This document shows, one piece after another, positions 1-10,486 of a stretch of 64,000 bases of DNA; within the stretch, counting starts at the first letter, position 1, and every line of letters begins with the position of its first letter. Under the pieces are notes generated by a model, which was not told the DNA's origin, did not search any database, and worked only from the letters and a program-made list of their open reading frames with translations. This stretch comes from Candidatus Omnitrophota bacterium (lineage in GTDB: Bacteria > Omnitrophota > Gorgyraeia > Zapsychrales > Zapsychraceae): positions 27,484-91,483 of the forward strand of contig DATDQB010000020.1 of the NCBI GenBank assembly GCA_035292445.1. The letters are read 5' to 3'. The position numbers and the translations under genes are program-made.

Positions 1-131
<131 letters not shown>

Positions 132-137
132 TTATTT

Positions 138-1412
138 TTATTTGGACTTTTGCAGTACCAATCGATTGATCTTTATTTGTACACCCGCCAACAACCAAAA
201 TAATACGCTCAGCCGTAAAGAGTAGAAATTAGTATCAACAGAACTGTGAACCAAAAAAGCAAACACGCCGGCAAGCGTCCCTAAAGAAATAACCTCTAAG
301 GTTTTCTGTTCATTATACCTCTCCCTTAAAGAACGAAAGCTGTCTTGGAAAAATTTAACCAATAGGCCCATAAATGCCGCCAATCCCAATAAACCAACCT
401 CCGCAGCCAGCTGGACAAAACAATTATGCGCGTAAGTAGGCGCATACTTGGGAATCCGTCGATAAGATTGAAAGACAGGCGCATACATATTGACACCATG
501 TCCCACGAGGGGCCTATCCTTGATCATCTTCCAGCTGTCTGCCCACACCTCCAACCGCCAAGTGATGGTATTGGACCTCTTTAATAAATTCAGCGTTGAC
601 TGCGCATTGAACGACAGCGGGAAAAATACGGTCAAAAAAAGGAATAAAAGAACTAACAACGACGCTTTCATCTCAAAATTCTTTTTCCATAGGAAATAAA
701 CAATAAAGAAAAACAAAATACCGGCAATCCCTCCGGCCCACGCTCCTCTGGTAAAGGTGATCATCAACGCCCATACCATTACCCCGGACATAACAAACGC
801 TGCCCATCTTACGGATTTTGCTATACCTATAAATAAAACCGACAACGACAAAGGGATCATGGTCAGCATAAAAGCGCCCAGGCTGGCGGGAGCGTTAAAG
901 CTCGCCGTCGCGCGGCCATCCTCTGTGACCGGATGCCCATTGAAAATATCCTTTCCCAAGAAATGATACTGCCCAATAGCATCAAGGGCTGTCGCCCAGG
1001 CCGTAAAGGTAAGGATCCCCAACAAAAGAAAGATTTGCTTTCTGTTCGTGAACACTTCCTGGATGAGCCAAAAAATAGCGAACCATTCCATGAACTTTGT
1101 AATAAAATCCGCCAACGACCGCTGCCATAAGCTGCTGAAGGCAACCGAAATAAGACAGATCAACAAAAAACAATAAATGAACCGATTCAGCACGCTTTCC
1201 GGCGGCTTAAAAGCCTTTAAGAGATAACGCTTATCTTTTCGCATCAACGGCCAATGGATAGCGATCCTTTTGATGATCCACAATGCCACGCTGATAATCA
1301 CACAGCTTTCGACGACCGCTGATGAATAAGGAAGCCAAAAAGCCAAAATATAAAAGAACACACGGATCAGCTTATCAATCTTCTCGGAAAACGACGTTAC
1401 AGATGAAGGCAT
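138..1412 (-). CDS. O-antigen ligase family (Wzy_C) membrane protein
   Basis: Many hydrophobic segments; motifs TFTRGAW, WRLEVW...IKDRPLVGHG and YAHNCFVQLAAEVGLLG typical of WaaL/Wzy_C proteins. Confidence 0.85.
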   Translation of the reverse strand: MPSSVTSFSEKIDKLIRVFFYILAFWLPYSSAVVESCVIISVALWIIKRIAIHWPLMRKDKRYLLKAFKPPESVLNRFIYCFLLICLISVAFSSLWQRSLADFITKFMEWFAIFWLIQEVFTNRKQIFLLLGILTFTAWATALDAIGQYHFLGKDIFNGHPVTEDGRATASFNAPASLGAFMLTMIPLSLSVLFIGIAKSVRWAAFVMSGVMVWALMITFTRGAWAGGIAGILFFFIVYFLWKKNFEMKASLLVLLFLFLTVFFPLSFNAQSTLNLLKRSNTITWRLEVWADSWKMIKDRPLVGHGVNMYAPVFQSYRRIPKYAPTYAHNCFVQLAAEVGLLGLAAFMGLLVKFFQDSFRSLRERYNEQKTLEVISLGTLAGVFAFLVHSSVDTNFYSLRLSVLFWLLAGVQIKINRLVLQKSK

Positions 1413-1418
1413 GGAATT

Positions 1419-2846
1419 TTAATAAGCCCCTTTGCCTTTGATGACGATCGGTATCGTCTGGAACAGGATATTCAGATCCAGCCAAAAAGACCAATTACCG
1501 ATGTACCATATGTCCCATTTCAGCAATCGTTTAAAGGAAATATCGCTGCGGCCCCGGATCTGCCAAAGCCCGGTGATGCCGGGACGGACTTCAAGCCTTT
1601 TCAATTGCCTTAGGTCTTCTTTTCGGATCTGCTCAATAGGCAAAGGCCTTGGGCCGACGAGGCTCATATCGCCCTTTAACACGTTGATAAACTGAGGCAA
1701 TTCATCCAGGCTGTACTTGCGCAACCACCGCCCCATTTTCGTCACTCTGGGGTCATCTTTGATCTTAAAGATTGGACCGTCCGCCTCATTCTTAATGCGG
1801 AGTTCTTCGAGCCTTTTGTCGGCATCCGTCTGCATGCTGCGGAATTTATAAAAATCAAAGATACGCCCGGAGCGGCCATAGCGCCTGGACACATAAAATA
1901 TGGGGCCCGGGCTGTCTAATTTGATAAAAACGGCGATGGCCGTAAAAACGGGAATAAGAACAGGCAGCGCCAATACCGTCACGATCAAATCAAAGATGCG
2001 TTTACTGATCTGCAGCCGAAGCGGGGCCGCCTCACGGTATTCTAAGACAGGGATTATGCCGATATTGTACTTGACCAGCTCTCCCGACATCAGTTCAAAC
2101 CCTTGCGGCACCACCCGCACCGCCACCCCCAATTCTTTAGCCTGCTCCAAAATATCCATAAAGACATCGCTGTCATGATAAACGGTAATGAACACCCGCT
2201 GCACAAACTCCTGGCGGCAGACTTTGGCAAAATCATTTAATTTACCGATAATTCTCGGGCCATCGTAAGCCGGGTCGTTATCTTTAAAATCATCCAAAAA
2301 CCCGACGATACGCATGCCCAACCCCTGGCGCTTGTTGATTTCAGCGGCCAGGCTCCTTCCCACCTTTCCGCCGCCGACGATCAAGACATTGGTGTTGTTA
2401 TACCCTTGGGATACCAAATATTCGACAAACCAACGTTTAATTATACGCCACAACGAAAGAAAGCAAATATTCAAACCCGTGCCGATAAACAGGATGCTGC
2501 GGGGAAATTCCTGAAGGCGCCAAAAATAAAGCGCCACGATGATAACGAGTGAGGCCAGTAAAATGGACCTGATCAACCGCGCGATTTCAAAACCTTCCAG
2601 CATTTCCCGCCGGGTTTGATACAAAGACGGCCTTGAAACTAGAAACAGCAAGGTGACCGCGATCCAGGCCGCGAAAACGGCACGGAAAGAGTTGCTCTCC
2701 AGCAAGAAAACGTTATAAAAGGAAGGTTTCCAGGGAATGGTCTCAGGCCTTAAAAAGCAGGCCAAATAAATCGCCAAAGCGATACAGGCAATATCGATGC
2801 AGATGTAGATAAAACGGACGATCGCGTTTCGGTATCTAAGTCTCAT
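1419..2846 (-). CDS. Polyprenyl-phosphate sugar-1-phosphate (priming) transferase, WcaJ/WbaP-like
   Basis: N-terminal TM helices, CoA-binding-like middle domain, C-terminal KRIFD...YKFRSM...RKYSLDELPQFINVLKGDMSLVGPRP...PGITGLWQ. Confidence 0.93.
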   Translation of the reverse strand: MRLRYRNAIVRFIYICIDIACIALAIYLACFLRPETIPWKPSFYNVFLLESNSFRAVFAAWIAVTLLFLVSRPSLYQTRREMLEGFEIARLIRSILLASLVIIVALYFWRLQEFPRSILFIGTGLNICFLSLWRIIKRWFVEYLVSQGYNNTNVLIVGGGKVGRSLAAEINKRQGLGMRIVGFLDDFKDNDPAYDGPRIIGKLNDFAKVCRQEFVQRVFITVYHDSDVFMDILEQAKELGVAVRVVPQGFELMSGELVKYNIGIIPVLEYREAAPLRLQISKRIFDLIVTVLALPVLIPVFTAIAVFIKLDSPGPIFYVSRRYGRSGRIFDFYKFRSMQTDADKRLEELRIKNEADGPIFKIKDDPRVTKMGRWLRKYSLDELPQFINVLKGDMSLVGPRPLPIEQIRKEDLRQLKRLEVRPGITGLWQIRGRSDISFKRLLKWDIWYIGNWSFWLDLNILFQTIPIVIKGKGAY

Positions 2847-3610
2847 GGCTTCTCTTTCTGCATTTTATCCTTCACCCACGCCAAACAAGAAAGGTATAGA
2901 AAACGCGTATTGCCGAAAATATATCTTTTCCATAACCGTTGCGGCTCGCTCAAAAGCCTAAATAACCATTCCAAACCGGCCCGCTGCATCCAACGGGGAG
3001 CCTGCTTCTTTACGCCGGCGATAAAATCAAAAGCGGCGCCCACCCCGATCATCACGGGGACATCCAGTTTATCACGATGATGGAACATCCAGTATTCCTG
3101 TTTAGGGGCCCCCAGCCCGACCCATAGGATATCGGCTGAGGCATTATTGATCATCGTCAGGATCGGTGCATCTTCCGGCTCGTTCTTGTCCCGAAAAGGC
3201 GGCGCCCAATGGCCGACGATATTTATCTTGGGGAATTGGGATCTTAATTGTTGCGCCAGACGTTGATTGTTCTCCTGTGTCCCCCCGTAGAAGAAATGCC
3301 GGTACCCCCTCGCCTGTCCTTTTTCACATAAAGCCAGCATCAGATCCGGACCATAGGTACGGCCGATGGCTTTCTCCCCCCGCCATTTGCCCACCCACAC
3401 AAGGGGCATACCATCGGGCGTGACCATCCCCGCCTCATTAATGATCTGCCTGAATTGCTCATCATCCTGGGATTCAATGACCGTTGCTACGGGGGCAACG
3501 CACACATAAGTCTTAAAGCGTTGGCTGATCCACCCGTCAATGGTTTGGCAGGCCTGCTCTAAATTGGTGACCGATACACGGACGCCTAAAATGTCGAGGA
3601 TTTGGGACAT
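2843..3610 (-). CDS. WecB/TagA/CpsF family glycosyltransferase
   Basis: Motifs PDGMPLVW, GPDLM, WVGLGAPKQE, GVGAAFDF and GLEWLFRL. Confidence 0.92.
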   Translation of the reverse strand: MSQILDILGVRVSVTNLEQACQTIDGWISQRFKTYVCVAPVATVIESQDDEQFRQIINEAGMVTPDGMPLVWVGKWRGEKAIGRTYGPDLMLALCEKGQARGYRHFFYGGTQENNQRLAQQLRSQFPKINIVGHWAPPFRDKNEPEDAPILTMINNASADILWVGLGAPKQEYWMFHHRDKLDVPVMIGVGAAFDFIAGVKKQAPRWMQRAGLEWLFRLLSEPQRLWKRYIFGNTRFLYLSCLAWVKDKMQKEKP

Positions 3611-3680
3611 TTTTTTATTAATACTAATATTATTGAATATTTATAGGCTGTAGCTTAGCACAAGCGCTACTTTTAGAAAA
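3611..3680 (-). promoter_or_regulatory. AT-rich intergenic region, possible internal promoter for the terminal genes
   Basis: One of the few gaps over 100 bp. Very AT-rich, with TATAAA/TAATAT-like hexamers and a TTGTGC on the minus strand, but the spacing is not canonical. Confidence 0.3.
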
Positions 3681-3716
3681 GGAATTTTTAAGGGGCGGGT
3701 TGAGCTCTTGCGGGCA

Positions 3717-5159
3717 TCACCTGCTTTGGGGCTTCAACAGTGAATCAGACATTAAAGCGATGGACAATAAGAACAAACTGGCGATCGGTAAAGAATACCT
3801 GGTCAAGACATAACAAGCGGCATAAATGCCGATAAAACCTGCCATGAACATAAACATCAAAAAAGCGTACCTTTCCCGCTCATAGTTCTTGGCCGCATCA
3901 TAAAGCTTATGCCGTTGCCGGTAACAAAAATGGACAAGATAAGAAAATCCCAAAATGGTGAGGGTTGCGATGACCAACCGGATCCCATAACGCAATAAGG
4001 TATTGTTGAACAACCGCTCCAGCCAATCGGGATACAGGACAAAACCAATGCGCGTGGATTCCCAGAAAAACAATTTAAACAATTCCACGACGAAAAAGAA
4101 AGAAAATTGGAACGGGTGTTCCATGATCTTGACTACGGCTATCTCAACCATCGCTTTATGTTTTTTTTCATCGGGATAGGCTTCTAAAAATATATTTCTT
4201 TCTATGACCGTCATATCAACCGAACCAAACCATTCTGTATATCGACACATCTCTTTACTAAAAATCTTCTCACAGACACCTGTACCGGGGATTGAAGCAA
4301 TGTGGGAGAGGATGATCTCTTTCGTTAACGGACGAGCCCGCTTTATGGCACTTCCCATGAAAAGATAATTGTATTTGCCGCCTGTGTAAGTAAAATACCC
4401 GTTATATTTCCTGTTCATTAATTTGACGACGAAAATCCCCCCATTGACCACCAATATTACCGTTAACATAAAAATAGCGGCATTCTTGCAGACATCCCAT
4501 TTTCTCATCCATAGGGAACGCAGCCATATGCTAAGAAATGGCAAAAGACTAAAAATCGTAACAGGCCAAAATACTCCCTTGCCTAAGATCAGCAGTAGTA
4601 AAACACTCGCCGTTACCAATGCTATATTGAAGCAATGCCTGGCATTTCTTTCGTAGATACGCCGCCATGATTCTCCCAACAAAATAACGGACAAAAGGAC
4701 GAAGGGAAAAGCAATGATCTCCGAGTAAAGGCTGAATGCCGCATTGACAATGGCCGGAGAAAACCCAAAATACAGTACTGTCAGGATCTTAATGAAATTA
4801 TGGACACGAAGTTTATCGAGGATATATAAAAGCAGCAGCTGGGTTGAAAAAAGCAGCATGACTTGAATGAGTTTCTGAAAATACTGATAATTCAGCGAAA
4901 AAACCTCTTCCATCTTCATGGAAAACGCGATTGTGAATATAAAAAACGGTTCCCGCTGTGGGCCATCAATAAAATAACTTAGCCAGCCCTTCTCAAAGAC
5001 CGTCCTCCCGGAGAGCTCATAATCAACGGCGTCAAAATGAATGCCCATCTCGCTCGTGAAATAAAGATACGTCCAATAACTGAAGGATAGAAAAATGACA
5101 ATGATCAAGGTCATCAAATATACCGAAGGATTCTCAAATAATTTGGCTATTTTTCTCAT
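3717..5159 (-). CDS. Multi-pass membrane protein, possibly GT-C/PMT-like
   Basis: About 10-12 hydrophobic segments; acidic DAVDYE after the first TM; REP and YSE motifs; late RY motif. Resembles GT-C-type proteins, but the family is uncertain. Confidence 0.5.
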   Translation of the reverse strand: MRKIAKLFENPSVYLMTLIIVIFLSFSYWTYLYFTSEMGIHFDAVDYELSGRTVFEKGWLSYFIDGPQREPFFIFTIAFSMKMEEVFSLNYQYFQKLIQVMLLFSTQLLLLYILDKLRVHNFIKILTVLYFGFSPAIVNAAFSLYSEIIAFPFVLLSVILLGESWRRIYERNARHCFNIALVTASVLLLLILGKGVFWPVTIFSLLPFLSIWLRSLWMRKWDVCKNAAIFMLTVILVVNGGIFVVKLMNRKYNGYFTYTGGKYNYLFMGSAIKRARPLTKEIILSHIASIPGTGVCEKIFSKEMCRYTEWFGSVDMTVIERNIFLEAYPDEKKHKAMVEIAVVKIMEHPFQFSFFFVVELFKLFFWESTRIGFVLYPDWLERLFNNTLLRYGIRLVIATLTILGFSYLVHFCYRQRHKLYDAAKNYERERYAFLMFMFMAGFIGIYAACYVLTRYSLPIASLFLLSIALMSDSLLKPQSR

Positions 5160-5183
5160 TGTATTTGCTTTATTTTTACCTAA

Positions 5184-5792
5184 TTAAGCTGATCGCTGGC
5201 GTTCAGACCACAATGTGCGCACTTTATAAATATTATTGTGTTTTGAGGAGAAGACCGCATCCGCCTGAATGGAGCGGTAAAAACGGTTCGGCCGTGCATT
5301 GTTGGCATCGACCTGGGTCATGCAGTAGTCAAACCCCCGCTCATGGAATGCCCTTAGCGCCCTTTTCATCACCAAAATGGGCGCCATGGGGATATATTCC
5401 AGATCAAAATTATTGTGCCACGTCAACAAATACGGCTTTATGCCGACGGCTTTGATCTTTCCGGGAATAACGAACCTTGATTCGAACATGTCAAACAATT
5501 CACCGGGATGCCGCAGGACCTGTTTAAAAAGTTGTATGTACTGCTTGAAACCGATCAGCTTCTTAAGATTTTTCATCGTTGAAGAAAAATCGGTCGTTGC
5601 CGTGATAAAGCACACGAGTTCATCATCTTTGAAATAGCCGAAACCGAAACACTCTTTGGAGCCTAAGATCGCCCGGTAAATGCTTCGAAGGTGTCCTTCC
5701 CCCATTTGGGCGTTGTGCGACCATTCCTGGGCGTTCTTAAAATGGATGGCGGCGCATCGGTCGGCGTCTTGGAGATTGAGTTCTCTAATCAT
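5184..5792 (-). CDS. GNAT-fold acyltransferase-like protein
   Basis: Likely start MIRELNLQDADRCAAIH (ATG at 5792, overlapping the upstream stop); C-terminal QVDANNARPNRFY resembles GNAT motif B. Confidence 0.6.
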   Translation of the reverse strand: MIRELNLQDADRCAAIHFKNAQEWSHNAQMGEGHLRSIYRAILGSKECFGFGYFKDDELVCFITATTDFSSTMKNLKKLIGFKQYIQLFKQVLRHPGELFDMFESRFVIPGKIKAVGIKPYLLTWHNNFDLEYIPMAPILVMKRALRAFHERGFDYCMTQVDANNARPNRFYRSIQADAVFSSKHNNIYKVRTLWSERQRSA

Positions 5793-6981
5793 AGACTTCG
5801 GCCTTGCTTTGATGCCGGGCAATAACACGCTCATATATACTTATTAATTCCTGATAATTCTTTTCCGGCGCATATTTTTCTTCAAAAGTCCTTCTCGCAT
5901 TCTGGCGCAAAGATTTCAGATCAGCCTCTTCGTACATCCATTTTATCTTTTGAGCAAGGTCCTGGCTGTCTCCGGAGGTGAAGAAAACACCGTTCTCTTT
6001 ATCCTTAACAAGTTCCCGCAAACTGCCCAAACGGCTCGCCACGACAGGCAGCCCGAAGGAAAAGCTTTCTGAGACGATCCTGGGAAAATTCTCGTAACAA
6101 CGCGAAGGGACAACGGCAAACTTGGCCTGGCTCATCAAGTCTTCCCAAGCCTCATGCGAGGTAAAGCCCAAGATCTCGATGTTTTTAAGATGGTGCTCCT
6201 CAATGAAACGATTTATCTGCTCGCGCATCGGCCCTTCGCCCGCGATCTTCAAGGGCAATGGCGCTAAAAGCCGGTAAGCCTCGAGCAGAACGTCCAATCC
6301 TTTTTCCTGGCTTAAACGGCCCATATATAACGCATAATCTTTATGCTCCTTCAGCTTATAAGAATAGCTTTCCGCAAAATTCGGTTTGACAAAGATCCTT
6401 TCCCCAGGGATACCCCCTTCAATATATTTCCTTTTTGTGAATTCTGATGCGCAAATATAAGCGTTGATCTGATTCAACCACGTTTTTTGCTTGTGATGCC
6501 TTTGCATCATCCGTGTGACAAGGGTGGTGGCCAAGCGCGAGTTTTTATAGCACTTATGCCTTATGCCCTCACCCACCCCTATCTTCAAGCAATCTTCACA
6601 GACCATGTTATCGCGGAAGAATAAGGCGTTGGCGCAAAACATGCGGAAATTATGCAAACTTTGAACAACGGGAACGCCTTCCTCCTGGCAGGCATAATAA
6701 ACAGAAGGCGTCATCATAAAGTGAACATTATGAAAATGGGCGATATCCGGCCTTTCTCTTTTTAAGATGGAGCGGACCTCCCTATAAGTTACCCTCGACC
6801 AACCAATATTCAGATAAGTAAACAGCCTTCTCAAAGGAGAAAGCGATGAAAGCTCGCGGTTATCCCGTCGATACGAAACAACCTCTTGCCCATGTTGGCC
6901 TAATAATCTCTGTTCGGAGGCAACCACCGCGTCTTCGCCTCCTTCGAACTGATATCGGTTATGTCCGATCAATATCTTCAT
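5785..6981 (-). CDS. Glycosyltransferase family 4
   Basis: GGEDAVV, HFHN, GRLSQEKG and the PSRCYENFPRIVSE (EX7E) signature. Confidence 0.92.
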   Translation of the reverse strand: MKILIGHNRYQFEGGEDAVVASEQRLLGQHGQEVVSYRRDNRELSSLSPLRRLFTYLNIGWSRVTYREVRSILKRERPDIAHFHNVHFMMTPSVYYACQEEGVPVVQSLHNFRMFCANALFFRDNMVCEDCLKIGVGEGIRHKCYKNSRLATTLVTRMMQRHHKQKTWLNQINAYICASEFTKRKYIEGGIPGERIFVKPNFAESYSYKLKEHKDYALYMGRLSQEKGLDVLLEAYRLLAPLPLKIAGEGPMREQINRFIEEHHLKNIEILGFTSHEAWEDLMSQAKFAVVPSRCYENFPRIVSESFSFGLPVVASRLGSLRELVKDKENGVFFTSGDSQDLAQKIKWMYEEADLKSLRQNARRTFEEKYAPEKNYQELISIYERVIARHQSKAEVYD

Positions 6982-6996
6982 CAAAGGTCAACTGTT

Positions 6997-7989
6997 TTAG
7001 ACATTATAAATATCGGGTTTATAAGTCCTGATATTTTTTTTGATCCAATGGCAGGTGCTTCGCAGTCCTTCTTCCAGAGAGATCTTATCTTTCCAATTCG
7101 TCGTGGTATGCAATTTGGTGGCATTAGCCACCAAGCGATAAACTTCGCTCTTAGGGGGCCTTTTGCGTTTTTGGTCCCTCTTCACTTTGACCCGTCTTTT
7201 GATCACTCGTTGGATCACATCGATCAGCTCCGGCAGCGTTGTCTCCACCCCGCTTCCCGAGTTGAAGACTTGGCCGACGGCCTTGGGGGCTTCGGCGATC
7301 TTTAAAAAGGCCTCGACCGTATTGCCCACATAATTGAAATCACGGCTGACATCCAGATTGCCCAATTCGATTGCTTTCTTGCCCGAATAGATCTGAGAAA
7401 CGATCGTCGGGATAATGGCGCGGGCCGACTGACGCGGGCCAAAAGTATTGAAAGGCCTTAAGATGGTGACCGGCAGATCGAAGGAACGGTAAAAAGACAA
7501 CGCCAAACTATCAGCCGCCGATTTACTGGCAGCATAAGGCGATTGAGGATTAATGGGATGGCTTTCATCGATAGGCACGTATTGCGCCGTCCCATAGACT
7601 TCGCTGGTTGAAGTATGGACGATCCTTTTTACCTTGAGCTTTCTGGCCGCCTGAAGGACATTGAGCGTTCCTTTGACATTGGTATCGATATAACTATCCG
7701 GCGAATGATAACTGAAAGGGATGCCAATGAGGGCCGCTAAATGAAAAACGATCTCTGTCCCCTCCATGGCCGTCTGAACGCCGTTAGGGTCCCGCACATC
7801 CCCCGTGAACACATCGATCTTTTGGAGGATTTTTTTGGGCGCCTGCTCGATCCATCCCCAGCTGTTAAAGGAATTGTAATAAACGAAGGCCCTGACCGAA
7901 GCCCCTTTTTCGACCAACCTCTCCACTAAATGGCTCCCGATAAATCCATCGGCTCCGGTTACCAACACCCTTTTATTTTTCCAATTCAT
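6997..7989 (-). CDS. legB: NDP-GlcNAc 4,6-dehydratase, LegB-like NAD-dependent epimerase/dehydratase
   Basis: VTGADGFIGSHL, YNSFNSWGW, HLAALIGIPFSY, QSPYAASK and RPFNTFGPRQSARA match the LegB-type subfamily as I recall it. Start adjusted to MNWKNK. Confidence 0.8.
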   Translation of the reverse strand: MNWKNKRVLVTGADGFIGSHLVERLVEKGASVRAFVYYNSFNSWGWIEQAPKKILQKIDVFTGDVRDPNGVQTAMEGTEIVFHLAALIGIPFSYHSPDSYIDTNVKGTLNVLQAARKLKVKRIVHTSTSEVYGTAQYVPIDESHPINPQSPYAASKSAADSLALSFYRSFDLPVTILRPFNTFGPRQSARAIIPTIVSQIYSGKKAIELGNLDVSRDFNYVGNTVEAFLKIAEAPKAVGQVFNSGSGVETTLPELIDVIQRVIKRRVKVKRDQKRKRPPKSEVYRLVANATKLHTTTNWKDKISLEEGLRSTCHWIKKNIRTYKPDIYNV

Positions 7990-8018
7990 AGCACCCAACT
8001 TTCTTAAAATATGAACGG

Positions 8019-9515
8019 TTATATTTTAATGATCTCCCCTTGAGGCAATTGACGGCAATAGGCCAATGTCATGCCAAAAAGGCTCCATACGGGTATGGCC
8101 GTATAAGGCAACTCAAAAATAAGAAGTAAATTTGCCGCTACAAACCAGTTGATCAAACAACTGCACAAAAGCAGCCCCACCCACGACCGATGCAACACAA
8201 AAATCCTTATCATCCTATAAAATAAAATAAAGATAGAACATATGAACGCCAACCCTATTATCCCGCTTCGATAGATCAGATGTAAGTACGAATTGTGGGC
8301 TTCGACCCAGCCATCGCGGGTCCACTCCCCGTATCCCATCTTGAAGATCTCTATACTGATGGAACGAAAAGGTTTCCCGTAATCGAAACCGAATATCGGC
8401 TTCGTCTTAACGAAATCGACGATCATATCTCTCCAGATCAAAATACGAAAAAGTCCCGTGCCGATGCTTGTCTTTGACTGGTACTGCGATTCCGACGTAT
8501 CCACTTCAAGATGCAACGGCTCCTGTAACGCATTACTCATAGTTGTATCGTTCGTAGCCATATCGCTCTTCCCAAAATGAATATTCTCTGCTAATTGATC
8601 ACCTGCACGCCCTAACTTCTTAAAAGTTTTAAAGCCGAGGGCTTCCATTTTCTCTTCATTAGGATTATAAAATTTTATCTCCTCGCTTTCAACTCTCTGG
8701 AAAGAGCCTTTTTCATCAGCGATCCTTTTGTCATAGGATACATACATATCATACATTTCCCGGAACATGAAGATCGATCTAAATCCCTCGTTTTTAAAGC
8801 AAAACGTGATCCCTATCGTCATTAAAATAAACACCACAACCCCCAATACCATTTTCCGTCTGGGGACCATATCTCGAATGGAAAATAAAAGAACAACCAA
8901 AAATAGTACGCTCACCAGATTTGAAAGGATCATCATTCTTGCCGTATAGATAAATCGTGGATATGGGATCAAAACGAGCAACGCGACCAACAAGAACAAT
9001 CTTAGATATTTGTTTGGTAACGACCTGACCAAGACCAGGCCTAGGGCGGAACACATGAACAGATAATAATCACCGAAATTGTTCTCATAGAAGATAAGCA
9101 AGAAGATCAGGATGATCAAAGTACAAACGGGAACATTGAAGAAATCCCGCCTGTAGAAATAATAACCGAAGAGAATAAATATCGGATAATAATGGAGCGC
9201 CGCATGCCGCAACGCCAGAGGCCCCCACTCCAGGTATCCTATAAACGCCTTAGAAAGAACAAAGATCCCATAACAAAGGATGAGCAAATGCCATTTGGTA
9301 AACCGTATGGGCTTAAGCCGCCATTTTATCAACAACAACAAGAAACACAACGTCAGGAGAATTTCCCCCACAAAGACCGGAAAATCGAAAAAAGAGAACT
9401 GAATATGCACTTCGGCAAAAACATTCCAGTAAAGAAGATACCCAAGAGAAACACAGCCTATGGCCACAAGAGCTAAGGCGTCAACAATGAATTCTTTGTC
9501 AAAAACTTTCCCCAT
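8019..9515 (-). CDS. O-antigen polymerase/ligase family membrane protein
   Basis: Many TM segments, large soluble loop, FRILIWRDM...PIFGFDYG and AHNSYLHLIYRSGIIG. Start adjusted to MGKVFDK, just after the upstream stop. Confidence 0.75.
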   Translation of the reverse strand: MGKVFDKEFIVDALALVAIGCVSLGYLLYWNVFAEVHIQFSFFDFPVFVGEILLTLCFLLLLIKWRLKPIRFTKWHLLILCYGIFVLSKAFIGYLEWGPLALRHAALHYYPIFILFGYYFYRRDFFNVPVCTLIILIFLLIFYENNFGDYYLFMCSALGLVLVRSLPNKYLRLFLLVALLVLIPYPRFIYTARMMILSNLVSVLFLVVLLFSIRDMVPRRKMVLGVVVFILMTIGITFCFKNEGFRSIFMFREMYDMYVSYDKRIADEKGSFQRVESEEIKFYNPNEEKMEALGFKTFKKLGRAGDQLAENIHFGKSDMATNDTTMSNALQEPLHLEVDTSESQYQSKTSIGTGLFRILIWRDMIVDFVKTKPIFGFDYGKPFRSISIEIFKMGYGEWTRDGWVEAHNSYLHLIYRSGIIGLAFICSIFILFYRMIRIFVLHRSWVGLLLCSCLINWFVAANLLLIFELPYTAIPVWSLFGMTLAYCRQLPQGEIIKI

Positions 9516-9520
9516 AGTTG

Positions 9521-10486
9521 TCAGATATTCTGCGGGTTCATCAATATATAGGCTAATTTCTTGTCTAATCTGCGTCTTTTCAACCACCGTGAGAAAGTCG
9601 GGACCAAGGTCAACAACACGCCGGCAGAGCAAACGGCAAGCATCTTGATGTTAGTGGGGTCCAATTGCATAGCCTTGCGAAAATATGATCTGGCCCTTGT
9701 CGCGTTGGACTCGATCTCATCATAGCCCACATGAAAATAAAAATTGGCCTTGGCCTGGTTAGCCTCCCTCTGCGTGATCCATCCATTATTGGTGTGCTTA
9801 TCTATCACCGCTAACGCTTTCTCTAGACGGGAATATTTAGAGCTTTCATTAACGACATGTTTTCTGTAAACTCCCTGGACTTCATCCAAGAAAACCCCAC
9901 CTGACAAGCGCAGGATCCTCAGCCAGAGATCGAAATCTTCTGCCGTGACGATCTCTTCATTTTCATCGAAATAACCAACCTTATTCAAAATGGCGCTTCT
10001 GACAATGACCGAAGAAGAACAAATAAAATTATTTTTGGTCAGCCTTTTGTATAAAGACCCGCAGCGATCATTAATTTTAGGACCGCGGATGCTCCCATCC
10101 TCAGTTAAGTCAGGGCTTTTTATTTGAAGCTTACAAAAACACAAACCATAAGACCCATCTTTCAGAAGTAGTTCTGTTTGTTTTTCCAATTTCTCGGGAA
10201 ACCACATATCATCCGAATCAAGGAACGCGATAAAATCTCCCTTAGCCTGTTTGATCCCGAAATTGCGGGAAGCGGCAATGATGCCTTTATTGGCGAACTG
10301 ATAATAACGTATCCTTTGATCGGGAACGGACCGGACGATCTGCTCCGTCTTATCTTTTGAAAAATTATCGACAATGATCAACTCAAGATTCCTGTGTGTT
10401 TGACCTAGGACAGAGTCTATCGCTTCTTTAATAAAGGCGGCGTGATTAAAAGTCGGCATGACCACCGATATTAGCGGCTCACTCAT
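9521..10486 (-). CDS. Glycosyltransferase family 2
   Basis: ISVVMPTFN, IIVDNFSKD, IAFLDSDD (DXD) and EDFDLWLR. Confidence 0.93.
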   Translation of the reverse strand: MSEPLISVVMPTFNHAAFIKEAIDSVLGQTHRNLELIIVDNFSKDKTEQIVRSVPDQRIRYYQFANKGIIAASRNFGIKQAKGDFIAFLDSDDMWFPEKLEKQTELLLKDGSYGLCFCKLQIKSPDLTEDGSIRGPKINDRCGSLYKRLTKNNFICSSSVIVRSAILNKVGYFDENEEIVTAEDFDLWLRILRLSGGVFLDEVQGVYRKHVVNESSKYSRLEKALAVIDKHTNNGWITQREANQAKANFYFHVGYDEIESNATRARSYFRKAMQLDPTNIKMLAVCSAGVLLTLVPTFSRWLKRRRLDKKLAYILMNPQNI

